A stretch of DNA of 64,000 bases from Octopus vulgaris (taxonomy: Eukaryota), in NCBI GenBank assembly GCA_951406725.2, contig OX597821.1:43276001-43340000 (forward strand), read 5' to 3'. Made by a program: the position numbers and the translations under genes. Below, in pieces: positions 1 to 12,599 of the stretch (position 1 is the first letter of the stretch; every line of letters starts with the position of its first letter). The notes below the pieces were generated by a model. It searched no databases. It was not told the origin of the DNA and worked only from the letters and a program-made list of their open reading frames with translations.

Positions 1-75
1 GAACAAGGGTACAAATTTTTCTGGGTAGGCAGCAGTAACAGTGCCCCACTCTCTGCCAATAGTATGTTCATATTA

Positions 76-1359
76 TTAGGTTGTTCCAAAAATAATGGCC
101 GCTCTAAGTGTTATGTTTTGAAATGCAATTTTATCATAGTATTTTAATTATATTTTAGGTGAATTTTGACATACTTAATAATTGATGTATGCTTTTTAAT
201 AATTTTCTACTTATTTCAGACAGAAAACATTCTTGAAGTATAGGTGCCTTTAATTATGAACATGACAAAAAAAGGACCTTTGCTTACTTTTCTTGCAGGA
301 GTTGAAGCTTGGGCTCAGTTCCTCCCAAACTGCTGTCAATATCAACAGAGCATGGGGAGAAGGGTCCAAAAGTGATTGCACAGTACGAAGGTGGTTTCAG
401 AAATTTCATAGTGGTGACGAGAGCCTTGAAGATGAAGAAGGTAGAGGACGGTCATGCAGTCTTGACAATGAAAAATTGAAAGCAACTGTTGAACAAAACC
501 CATGTCGAAGTGTCAGAGAAATATCTCAAGCACTTGGTGTTGGTATTGCAATGGTCTCACGCAGTCTGCAGAAGATTGGTAAGATGAAAAAGCTTGAAAA
601 ATGGGTACTGCATGAGCTCAATGAAAATTAAAAAGTTTGGCATTTTGAAGTGTGCTTGATGCTCTTTCGGTGAAATGGCAATGATCCTTTTCTTGACCGA
701 ATAGTGACTTGTGATGAAAAGTAGATCCTTTATGATAACCATAAACAATCAGGTCAATGGCTTGATTGTGATGAGTCCCCCAAACATTTCCCAAAGCCAA
801 AGTTGCATCAGCAAAAGATTATGATGACTGTCTAGTGGTCTGCAATTGGTGTTATCTATTACAGCTTTCTAGAAGCTAATCAGAGCATTACAACAGAGGT
901 TTACTGCAATCAACTCACTGAAATGCATGCTCACTTGTGAAAAATGCGACCTGCATTGGTGAATTGGAATGGCCCAATTCTGCTCCACGATAATGCAAAC
1001 TACATGTTGCAAGAATGACACTGCAGAAACTCACAGACTTGGGATACAATACTTTACCACATCCTCGATATTCTCCTAATTGTTCACTCACTGACTACCA
1101 TCTTTTAAAGCATTTAAACAAGTTTTTAAATGATAAAACTTTCAGGTCTAAACCAGAGGTGGAATCAGTTTTAAAAGATTTCTTAGCATCAAAGCCAATA
1201 AGATTTTACCAACAAGGCATAAATAATCTTGCTGATTGATGGCAGAAATGCATAGATGTTCATGGCTCATACTTTGACTAATCAAAACATTTCTATTGTT
1301 AATTTTTCCAGAGTAAAATAGTGTTTTTGAAATTGGCCATTATTTTAGGAACAACCTAA
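76..1359 (+). mobile_element. Full-length mariner DNA transposon (Hsmar1/cecropia-like TIRs), transposase disrupted
   Basis: 25-bp TIRs ttaggttgttccaaaaataatggcc (76-100) and ggccattattttaggaacaacctaa (1335-1359) with 1 mismatch; TA on both flanks (74-75, 1360-1361); length ~1.28 kb. Confidence 0.93.
262..1280 (+). pseudogene. Mariner transposase pseudogene
   Basis: HTH region (TVRRWFQKFHSGDESLEDEEGRGR), WVLHEL (WVPHEL motif), IVTCDEK*ILYDN, LLHDNA and HPRYSPNCSLTDYHL (YSPDLAPSDYHL motif); several stops and a frameshift. Confidence 0.9.
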
Positions 1360-1399
1360 TACTAGTAGAGAAAGGGGTAGTTAAAGTAATCAAGTTGGA

Positions 1400-1830
1400 G
1401 TGTATGATAGAATAATTAAGCTTATACTAGTCTTGAATAGTACAACTTTTAACTTTGCATAAACTTCACAGTCTAAACTGATATATGAACAGAAGAACCA
1501 ATTATATGAGACCATCATGTAGACTACCTCATAGACAAATGGCAATGACCTAATTATTATCATGGCTGGTGACTTCAATAGATAAGTTGGGCAGCATCCA
1601 AATGGATTCCATGGAGGCTATGGTTTTGATTCAAGGAGCATGTCACAGAGTACTGTGACACTATGACTCGACAATTTCCAACACTAACTTCAAGAAACCA
1701 GCCAGATACTTGGCCACCTACAAAGGTGAAACAAGTAGAGAGATTTCATTCACCAGAATAATTGAAATATAGATGGCTGCAAATACTGTCTTTCTCAAAT
1801 GAAGAATGTACTACCCAACTTTACAGTATT
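1400..1830 (+). mobile_element. Degenerate RTE-type LINE AP-endonuclease fragment
   Basis: Translates to AGDFN, GFHGGYGF and NTNFKKP-like motifs typical of RTE endonuclease; broken frame. Confidence 0.6.
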
Positions 1831-2924
1831 AACTACATAGACTCAGAGATACAAAGCAATTTGGCAGACAACTGGGAGTTCCTATGGAACAACATGCAGA
1901 GGGCTACAACAAACTGGATAAGTGGCTGAGGACTTGGGACAGTGACAAACACCACTCTCAAGATGATGCATTTCACAAAGTAAAAAACGACCATGGTGAT
2001 TGCTGAAATTGTCCAACCACCCATGCAAACATGGCAAAATTTATGATGAAATTTAGATAGTAATGGAGGTGGGAATATATATTTGCATTTGGACTGTTTG
2101 TCTATTTTGTACCTATAAAATCTTCATTTGCTGTCTCCTTTCGTATCTTCAGCAGATTCTCAACTATTACTCACTCTCTTGTTCACTGCAAATTGTCACT
2201 TGTTTAATAAGGGCAACTTGAGATTTATTCATATACAAATCCTCCCTATGTAAATCCATACCTCATCAGCTCTCTGATAATGAAGAACAGCATTAGATCT
2301 GTTGGTATCCAATATATTTACTGACATCAGACTCTTGCCATCATTATCTAAACTCCCTGTCACTTAAGCTCTCCCTCACCAACAAACACCACTCTCACAA
2401 TATTTCTGACCACCACCCCTCCCCTCTTTCTTCTCCCAAGTCATGCATTATTGAAATCCATCACACTCTCATATCTCTAATGATTTTCTCATCTATGCAT
2501 CACTCTCTCACTCATTACCCTCAGCCGTTAGTCTCTGCCATTACACCTTCCTATCCCATGCTGTCACCTCTCTCTTCTTAGCTTCCATACAGTCATCCCA
2601 GTCACTGTTTCCTCCTGCGCACCCATCCCACCTTAATTTTCTTGAATCACTTTCTCTTCTATCATCTCTATTTAACTTTACCCAGAACAAATAGTGACAA
2701 CACTAAGCATCAATGACCCCTTTTGTCTTGTGAAGTACAAGGCAACTTTCTTGATGCTAACACTCTAACAAGATGCACCCTGTACAATCTTGTCAAAGTG
2801 GTTGTAGAACATGCAGAGAAAATGTGGGGTTCAGTGGACGCTTTAATCTTGACCTGACAAGGACATGACAACCTTTCTAGCAATAATACCATGACAAAAA
2901 CACCCAAGACACTGCATAAGTCAT

Positions 2925-3475
2925 TATCATCATCATCATCATCGTTTAACGTCCACTTTCCATGCTGGCATGGGTTGAACGATTTGACTGAGGACTGGCA
3001 AACCAGATGGCTGCACCAGGCTCCAATCTGATCTGGCAGAGTTTCTACAGCTGGATGCCTTTTCTAACGCCAACCATTTTGAGAGCGTAGTGGGTGCTTT
3101 TATGTGGCACTGACACGAGGGCCAGTCAGATGGTACTGGCAACGGCCATGCCCAAGTGGTGTTTTTTATGTGCCACCTGCACAGGAGTCAGTCCAGCAGC
3201 ACTGGTAATGACCTCGCTTGAATGTTTTTCATATGCCACCAGCACAAGTGCCAGTAAGGCGACGCTAGTAACGATCACGTTTGAATGGTACTTTTTATGT
3301 GCCAATGGCACGGAAACCAGTCAGCTGCTCTGTCAGCGATCATGCTCAGATGGTTCTCTCAGTGCTCCACTGGCACAGGTGCCAGTCATCAAATTTTTGA
3401 TTTTGATTTCACTTGCCTCAACAGGTCTTCACCAGCAGAGTTTAGTGTCCAATGAAGGAAAGGTACACATAAGTG
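2925..3475 (-). mobile_element. RTE-type 3' UTR and tail fragment with (GAT)n tail
   Basis: catcatcatcgtttaacgtccactttccatgctggcatggg matches the reverse complement of the tail of the RTE copy ending at ~37487; contains the same internal ~60-bp subrepeats. Confidence 0.8.
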
Positions 3476-3515
3476 GATATATTAAGTCATATGTTTATAT
3501 GCATATATGTATATA

Positions 3516-4776
3516 TGAGTGTGTGTGTAGTTTTGAGACTTTTTTTTATGAGAAGCAGTTATACCTGTCCTAGATTATTGTAATTTTAGTATAGCATTAC
3601 TATACATCTAATAAGCTGACCAGCCAACTTTTGTTATTCCAGATTGAAGGAGATGGCTGTAACAGCACTTCGAACACACTCTACCAAACACTGCTTGTCA
3701 TAACTGACTAGTTTGCAGAATGCTGTTGAGGTGTGAAGACAATTTGGAAGCTTGCAATTAAGTGGGGTGTTAAACTGGGCAAAAACACTACAGAAACTTA
3801 TGAAATGCTCCTGAATACTTATGGATTAACCTGTATGAGCTGAGCATCTGTTTTATGCTGACACAGGAGGTTGAAAGACTGTAGAGAGGAGGTAAGAAGA
3901 GGGGTGTGGGAGAGTGAGTGACATCAGAACTGGTGGAGAAAATTTGCAATTTTCAGGATGCTATCTATAAAGACATGCTATCTATAAAGACAATAAGCAT
4001 ACAGTTTGGAGTTGGTGTGGCAATTATTCATGAAAATCTGAACAACCACAAAATTTGTGCAAAGTTTTGTTCCCAGGGTGCTCAGAAATGAACAGACGGA
4101 AAGATGGGTTGGGCTCATTTCCTCCAATCCAAGAGCACTTGAGTCTCTGGTGTTTTGTGATGAAAGAGGGATCTACTGTAATGATCCAGAGTGCCCAATA
4201 AAAACATCCCAACTCCACTAGACCCAAGAAGGGCAGGTAGAGCAAGTCTACCAGGAAGCTCAGGATAATCTCCTCTTTTGATAGCAAAGACATCATCTAC
4301 ATTCATTGGGTTCCCTCTGGCCAAAAGGTCAACAAAAAGTACTTTGTGGAAGTTTTGAGGGGGAAGAGATTTCAATGCAACAGGCTAGAGCTTTTAGACT
4401 GGAGTCAGTGGCACCTGCACCAGGATCAGGACAATGCACTAGTCCACAATTCTATCCTGGTTACCAACTACAGACGAGTATCAAAACTGTCCCTCACTCT
4501 CCCTACAATTCAGGCCTTGCTCACTGTGACTTTTGGTTGTCCCTAAACTGAAGAACCTCAGGGACAGTCATTTGGAAGATGTTAAGATGAAGGAGGCTGT
4601 GACAAGAGTCCTGGACACTTTCACTTTGGAAGACTTCCATGGGGTTTTCAGTGGCTGGAGCACTCCAACAAGTGCATAGAAGTCAGAGGATCTTATTTTG
4701 AAGGAGATTAGAGTTTTGTACTGTTTTGAAATTAATGTCCCCTGAAAAAGTTTCAAAACATCTGGAATGCACCTAG
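3516..4776 (+). mobile_element. Second, highly decayed mariner transposon
   Basis: AIK.GVKLGKNTTETYEML N-terminus, HLHQDQDNALVHNS and PHSPYNSGLAHCDFWLSLN (HPPYSPDLAPCDF motif); eroded TIR-like ends, TA at 4777-4778; ~1.26 kb. Confidence 0.8.
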
Positions 4777-5039
4777 TATGTTGTGTGCCAGCATGAAAGA
4801 TAAAAGTTTAAAGGCTCCTGGATTGTCTTCATGTTACCAAGCCCTTTTAGTGTTCTCTTAAATGCAGGGATATGGTATGGTTATTCAAAAACAGGGACAC
4901 ACACAGTATTTGTATTGCATTGATGATCGCTGTAGGTCAAAGTCATGATTAAGAACGTAAAGGCTGAGAAAACTGCTGGACTATGAGGGATAGTTCCTGA
5001 GATGTTTAATATATCTAGTGCTTTGAGCAAAGTATCATA

Positions 5040-5995
5040 CTAAATGGCTAATGTAGCAGTATCATTGTCAATTGCTACATAAGTAAAAGCTGCTTGAGAA
5101 AGAAGCGACTACAGAGGTGTCAAATTGATGGACCACGTAATAGAAAAAGTTGTTGCACAACAGGTGAGAAAGAAAATTAACATCGATGAGATGTGGTTTG
5201 GCTTTTTGTTAGTATGCTTGAACCTGGAGAGGGTCACTAACAGAGTTTCACATACTGTAGTTTGGTTGTTACTAAGGAAACTAATAAGAGAATGTTTTTT
5301 TTACGACTGTACAAACCAAGTACAACAGTGCCATCAGCAAGGAAAAGTTAGTAATGAGTTCAGTGACAAATTAAATGAGCAGGGAGAGGTAAACTAGGAT
5401 TTAGTCCTCATTCCCCTACTGTTTATTACAGCCCTCCAATAAAGCCCACAGAGTTTAAGTCTGGTTATCATAAAGAACTCATGAATGGTGGTGATCTATT
5501 CTTATAGATGACTCTAAAGCAGATTTGGAGGAAAAATTCTAGACATGGGAGCAAAACCTAGAATCAAGAGGACAGGGAAATACTCGTTTGATATGTAGAA
5601 AAGAGACAGGTAAATTTCCAGATGGTGGGCCCAGTATAAACTTTGAATGCAGAAGAGGCTTTGTATGAGATAGTAGCATGGGAACAATGAGAGTACTCAA
5701 GAAACATTCATTGAAATACTTGGAAGCTTCCCTTGAAATTGTTGCTAGTTTTTCTTAGCTAGATGATGCAATTAGTGTAGATGTAGAAGTTTGGAAAGCA
5801 GAATAAGAATGGGCTGTAAGAAGTCCAGGGAGCTATTACTTTCATTGGTAACAAAGTGTTTCCCCCTCTTAGGGTGAAGGACAAATTTTATGATGTTTTT
5901 TGTATGAAGTGTGAAACTGTACCATAGTGAGACATGTCTTGCAAACAACTTGCACATGCAAGTGCTACCAGTTATATCGGAAGCTAGCAAGTGTA
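5040..5995 (+). mobile_element. Degenerate RTE LINE reverse-transcriptase fragment (continues ~6350-6560)
   Basis: YRGVKLMDHV and IDEMWFGF, collinear with the better-preserved RTE at 35430-37487. Confidence 0.7.
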
Positions 5996-5999
5996 TGGG

Positions 6000-6346
6000 G
6001 TCATCAGGAGAGAATGCGCGCCGTTTCGGGGCCTACCTCTCGACGGCATCAATGCGCACCGGCCCCCCTCACTGATATGATGCCCCGCTTGCTAGATCAG
6101 CTGGTTATGAAGAACTCAATATACTTCTAGCCATCGCTCATCGTTTCTTTTTAACCAAATCCAGTGGCTAGCCTTCTCCACTGTAGATTGGATATCAGTC
6201 ATGGTGGTATTGACTTTACGATGAGTTAGGCCTAACGATAACAACAGTCGTCTCACGCTGTGTCCTACAAACCCTCTACATCCGACTTCGATAGGAAAAT
6301 GTTCCGCTTTCCAGCCTGCGTCTTCACATTCCTCGAGGAGGTTTTC
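6000..6346 (-). mobile_element. 3' end of a HERO-like RLE non-LTR retrotransposon inserted in the RTE remnant
   Basis: Open frame 6346-6116 reads ENLLEECEDAGWKAEHFPIEVGCRGFVGHSV...VEKASHWIWLKR; the EVGCRGF and EKASxWxWLKR motifs match my recollection of HERO-clade C-termini. CpG-rich, hairpin-forming 3' UTR follows. Confidence 0.75.
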
Positions 6347-7569
6347 TTAGCTGTACAAGATTTGAGATGGCCAGAGAGTTTGGGATATGTAATGTTAAGA
6401 TGTATGAATACCCGTAAACAATTGAACTGGATATAAGAGAAAACAGATGTAGTGTCAGTAATGTAAAGAAGTGTGAAGTACTCAAAATAGAAGGAAACTT
6501 AAGACATAAGTTGATGACTGGTCTCAAGACGATGAGCCTCATAAAGGAGACCAAGGATCACAACAAATGGTGTTGTGTTGGAAAAAAGACCTGCTAATGT
6601 GTGCTGGTATAGCAAAATGGATGTTAGAATGGTGGAAGTTGAGATTTAGATCTGTCTATATCGAACACTACCAAAACCTTTTTATCATACTACATTTTCC
6701 TCATCATGCTACCTGCATATTGAAGGACACCATAGGATCTATTTGTATTCAGACTCTACTATCATCAATCAGCCTTCTTTAGTACTAGCAATCTCTATGA
6801 CTTTCCCTTACAACACACACTGACGTCCATCACTTACTCCCTACTTTACCATTCCAAATCTTTATGGTTAACCATCACTTTCTCACATTATTACTTTCAT
6901 TACCCATTACTGACAAACCTCACTTCCAGTACTTCCTCTTCAATCACCCTCGCCTCCTCTCTCTCTCTCCCACAACCACAACACTCATTTTTTTTTTCTA
7001 TTCTTTCCCCTTACTATTACTATCTCCTCTGTCAACCTCGCATCTCTACCTCTGTTTATCCTATCATAATCTCTCTTCCTATAAATCTTTTGCCTTGGTT
7101 CTCTCTCCTTCCTCACCCACTCTCCTGTTCACCTCCGCCCAGGTCATGTTGCCATCAGCAAAGACGAATTCTTAACCACATAACCATACCTGCACATAAA
7201 CAACTATAGCTTCTCTTTGAATTATTGATGATGTTTATAGCTCGAGACTAGTCCTGGTCCAGTAGACTCATTATCAAAAGCATTGCAGCCATAACCATAT
7301 TACCCTAACAGAACATCCAACACTACATTATCCCGTGTGTCTTTTCGGCAGTCGGAAAGTGAGCAGAAAGAAGTCCCTCAAATAAACAAGTATGCATATT
7401 TTTCGACGAAGGATGTAAACATCAGCGCGAAACCCCGAAAAGCCGGTGCTTTACGAACAAAGTCCCTTGTCAATATCGCTGCCAAAGATGTCGAGAACTA
7501 GCGATTGCTTCAAATACCTGCAACAACTAACAATCCCATTGTTAAAAGATTGAATAAATATAAGATAAA

Positions 7570-7736
7570 GGTAATCCTTCGGTATACGTACCGTAAATGG
7601 CTTTGTTTACATTTATGAAGATAACAGAAACCCTTTTCTCCCACTCTTAACCCTAACCCCCCCATTTATATATATATAAAAAAACACTTTCTTGAAATGT
7701 ATCCGGTACTTCCGGTACGCATACCGAAGTTACGCC
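7570..7736. mobile_element. Short MITE-like element with subterminal inverted repeats and internal taaccctaaccc
   Basis: cttcggtatacgtaccg (7577-7593) is the reverse complement of cggtacgcataccgaag (7713-7729) with 1 mismatch. Confidence 0.55.
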
Positions 7737-8357
7737 AAAATAAACATAAAAATGAATATCATAAGCGAAAATTGTTGTTGTTTAATCCCCAGGCCAGCTC
7801 GAACTGAGCAGAATTGCGATTAAAGGAATTCTCGTCATTATTCTGCCCCCCCCCCCTACAGATAAAGTGTATCTAGGACTACAGTCTCTTATGTGTTTTG
7901 CCGTCTTTGTATGATAACTAGCTGGCAGGATGTGATTTGGGAATATTTGAGTGCGATTTCTGTAACTCGAATATCTACATAAAGGCATCCTTGAAAGAGT
8001 TACTCATACATGAAATTAATTTTAAAAAGTGAATAAATTTTCATAAGAGCTTTCCCTATACTTGATGAAAAGTGATAGTCAAATACTTAAATCCTTCCTG
8101 CTAATTCAACGTATTGAACAGGATTAAAAGCTCACCAGCATCATAATTATAACTTCCGAGTTTTTGTGTAAATTGATTGGTAAAACCTTAAATGACCACA
8201 AAAGCAGAATTAAACAGCTATAAATTTATAGTATAAAAGAGTTATGAAGAGTTAAGGAAAAACTTTTGATGCATAAAATTAATACGTTTAACTAGTATAG
8301 AAAAAATATCGCCAAACTCGCCCAGAAAATCATTAATGATTAAAAAGTACCAATTAT

Positions 8358-8395
<38 letters not shown>

Positions 8396-9846
8396 ATACA
8401 GATAATTCAAATAAGTGAATTTGAAACGACTATATTTACAAATAAATTCCGGGTTTAAATGAGAAACTTTAAGAGACCCGCCTCCTTAAATAGACGTAGT
8501 TTGTTTGAATTGTGAAGGCGAAAGAATACCGACATAATAGAGATTAAAGTAGAATAGATGAGGAAGCGGGATATAAAACATGAAAACAATAGTAACATTA
8601 TACCTATTGTTATATAAAATAACCATTACAATAATTTGGTAAAATAATGTCAGTTCATTGAAGAGAGTTTTGTGTTAGTCTAAAATTGAGAAATCCTGTT
8701 TGTCAGGACACCATTGTCAAACGTGAAGCACCACAGACAAAATGCAACAAGTGAGATATCAAAAAGGATTTTAATTAATGAATACAAGTTATCATTTCTT
8801 TCTTTTTGATGAACAATAATTCGGAACCTAGTATCATCACCATAAACAAATATATAACGGGTCTGATGTTTTGTTTGTTAAACGTGAGAAAACGTAAAAA
8901 CAAATCTGACAAATGGAAGGTTGACAAAGTTTTGTTTCCACGTAGCAGTTGAAGATAAAGTAAACAACATATATATTTTATTAACAGAGTGTCTAGGATC
9001 ACAGCGTCTACTTCTTTTTTAAAGACAGTAAGATGTGATTTAAGTGGAATTTAGCTTTTGTTTCTAAGAGATCGAGTTACGACACAGGTTCACTCTCGAT
9101 GACACGAGTCGCTTTTTTTTGGACACAGATGTATTCTGATTTTTTAGAGTATTACCAAATGTAACTTAAATAAACACAATACAAACAGTTATGATTGCTA
9201 ATTACAAATATACATATTAATTTGTATTTTAAATTCTAGTTGTGTTGCCTGTATTTAGTGTGGGAGGATCCCAACACCAAACCATTGCCCGTTAAAAACA
9301 ATCCAACTATTTGTACACAGGACATAAACTTAAATAAAATACAGAATCTAGTAACACGCATATAAATTATCAAAATATTTATTGTACTCATATTTTTTTC
9401 TTTCTTCTATATAAAGTTTGGTTTGAGAGATTTGAGAAAGTATCAGGGAAAATAATTTCTTAAAAGAAATGAATTTAAGGTGTAAGATTACATGAATGAT
9501 TTCATATATATATATAGATAAAACTTTTAGGTGATTATAGAAATATGACTAAAATAAATGGATTTTCCTTCACTGTTTCATAAACCACTGGATCTATTTT
9601 CGTTGAAAAGAAAACTAAATTAAAAATTTGATGTCAAGGTATCGAACTGATTTCTAAAGTTCATACGGTCCAGTCCTTATTACTACACGTTTTTATTTAT
9701 ATTATTTTCATACTAACTGGCACTGAATAACCATCAAATACATTTAAGACATTGTAACTAATGCAAACAGACAGGCAGAATTTTAAAGTAATTCTAACAT
9801 TTTATATGCTAATAATAAGCTTTGGTCTAATTAATCTTTTGCCGTC

Positions 9847-9879
<33 letters not shown>

Positions 9880-10789
9880 TCTTACATTAAGATTTATTAA
9901 CTCCATATGAATGGACCATGTGTTTGGTGTCGATTATTTATCTGCCATGATTTCTAAGGGACACACAGTTTATAAGTAGGTAATATTTTAGTAAACAATA
10001 TGTAGAAGGAAGTTAAAAAGAAAAGCATGACGTATATATTAGATTGAAAACGAAATATTTCAGGTGACAAACAATTATAAGTCAATTAAGTTTAATGTGA
10101 GACGAACCTGTGTTACGATTCCATGCTCTTCATCGGTATCATCACCACTTAAAGTACGCTTTAATTTATCCATTGTGTAAGAAAGGCTGTTAGGTAGATA
10201 CTTGGGATTATGTAGTTATGTATAATTATATAAATATTAAATTAGAAGAACGAACGGAACATATTAAAATGAGTAATGTATTGTTTTTTGAGACCGGCAC
10301 AATTCCTGGAACAGTTGTAACTAAGGGGAATTAACTTAGTTTGACAGACTCTCTGTCTTTCCTTCCCGCTCCTTTTCTCTCTCTCTTTCTCTCTCTCTCT
10401 CTTTCACTTTTCACAGATTAATTTTAGTCAAATTAGCCTCTGACCGATGAGATGGATACTTAGCTGGTCGTTCCCCCTTGCTAGAATTAACTGTCAAATC
10501 TCTCATATTACACACTATTGTTTTATAAAACTAAGGACACGTTAGATAATGAAGTCCTAAATGGTGAAGGTAGTGGTGGCGGATCTCTGTCGTTCGACGA
10601 TCAGGATTCAGTTGTTCCATTAAGTTAATTATTTGTTCCTTAGTTAATGTTAAGTTTATTGTCTTTACAGTGTTTACCGTTTTACAAAATTAAATTAGAA
10701 AACGGAACAAAACAGAGAGCACAATTGAAAAAATTAAAAGAAAAAGAAAAAAACAAACCAAAGTTCACCATCTTGGGTGGAAAAGTTGG

Positions 10790-11800
10790 GGGGCGTTGCG
10801 AAACATCTTTAATGGCTATTGGGGCACGTCAGCATGCAGCGTTGCCAAGTGCCCTCACAAGCCTCACCAGTTACTTCTGCAAGGGAAGTTGCCGGTGAAG
10901 ACAGGAATCTTGCAGGTAGTGGTCCTACCCCGCCGAACATCTTGAACGCCACAGGATGGAAAATGTAGTTGGCTGACAGATTATGGTATTTCAGGATTTT
11001 ATTCTGTGGATCTCGCTCTGACTGCAGCATCCAGGATGTGAGAAGAAGCAAAGGAGTCGCCAACTGTGACATCCCAGACAAAGCATCTGCCTTGCGATCT
11101 GGACAGTCCAGATGGTTCCTAGATGGAGTGGGTGTTTGCCTGGGCCAAGCTCCTCTTGAGTATTAAGTTCAACTCCATATGACATAAATGATCAGCATTC
11201 AGGTGGCAAGAAAGACCATGGAGGCCAGTGGAATTGAGGAGCCTTCCTCAATGACAGATCAAACCTGTGCATACGTCAACTCCCACTCTGAGGGCAATAG
11301 AATCATGAAGTTTGTCCAAGCTGAGTAGGTCACCAACATTAGCCACTGGGATGGCATCAATCCACTCACCTGAGTATTTGGTGCTAGCAGACCAAGTAGC
11401 ACTTTGAAAACTGGTCTGACTGGATGAAGAGAGAGTTGAAGGTAGCCTTTGAAATAATGTTCCAAGCTCTCTGACTCTGACAGTCCTTCTCCTTCCCAGG
11501 AACAGACAAGCCCTATTCCTTCCAGTGTTGGAAAGCTTCATGCAATTCCCTGTTGGAACTGGTTCATGTTGGAGAGGAGAGGATGTTGCTCACCAGGGTG
11601 GAGCAGGTGTAAGTGGAGGAAAGGAAGCAGGGGGGAGAGGGGAATGAACACTTATGACGACCAAGACCTCCAAATCGCTTGGACAATGCAGCCTGGTCGT
11701 GGGATGTTGCAGAGAGTCTGACATTGACTAAGCATTCAAGTCTCTCAAAAGATTAGGTTGTTGAAGTGTTGGAGGCATGAAGGGAATCAGTAAGATGAGC
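10790..11800 (-). mobile_element. Degenerate CRE-like RLE non-LTR retrotransposon, 3' part
   Basis: SGEWIDAIPV...SIALRVG..VC, HGLSC zinc-knuckle remnant, EPSGLSRS and KILKYHNLSANYIFHPVAFKMFGGVGP restriction-like endonuclease motifs; frameshifted. Confidence 0.7.
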
Positions 11801-12599
11801 TGACTCTACAAAATTTACAATTTAAAAGAGAAACGAATTATGGACGCAAATAATGATGTCATAGAAAGATGTTTGTCCCCAGTATGGAAACATTGCTGAT
11901 TCTCAACTATTTCCTCAGTAAATGGCTTATCTTAGAGAATATCTTCAAAATCTCCAACAGCAATTCCTATTTCTATGCAGCCATTATTTCCATTTTCAAT
12001 GTTCACATTATCCTAGCGTTGTTTGTCTATTCGGCCTGGAAAGAAGGAGCCAAGACTGTTTATACTTTCAAATGAGATTGAAGAACAAAATAAACTGACA
12101 TGATGAGATTTCAGAAACCAAATTTATTTAAGAAAAAAAAAAGACAGTGAAAGAATAACACGAAAAAAGATGTGTGGTGACAGGTGCGATTAAATAATGA
12201 ACAATGTTCGATTGGTAAGTAAAGCCAACAGCTACTGAACAACGGACTCTCATGGATGAATTATATGACCTGACTTGAACTTTTTCTTTTAACCCCACTT
12301 ATAATTTGTCCCTGGATTGTGTATACTTTGAGGGCAGCTGTTATAAGCCAGCTAATTTTCTTTTTATCTCTTATTTATATTACTTGTCTGTTTAAAAACT
12401 TGAGAGAATATTTTCGTATCCATTCCTGATACCTGATACAGTTGAAGGCTGGACTAATTTTTAAAACGTTAGATCTTTGCTTGTTTTCAATTTCTATACT
12501 TTACAGCAACATAGTAGAGTTTATCACTGTATTACCATGTTTTGTAAAGGAAGTAAAAACAACAAACGGCCTTGTGCCTAGTATAAAAAAAAATTTCTG

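Noticed and set aside
293-1239. Domesticated SETMAR-like gene
   Set aside because: Stops and a frameshift, TIRs retained, no SET domain.
7645-7662. Interstitial telomere
   Set aside because: Only about two TAACCC units, inside a small inverted-repeat element.
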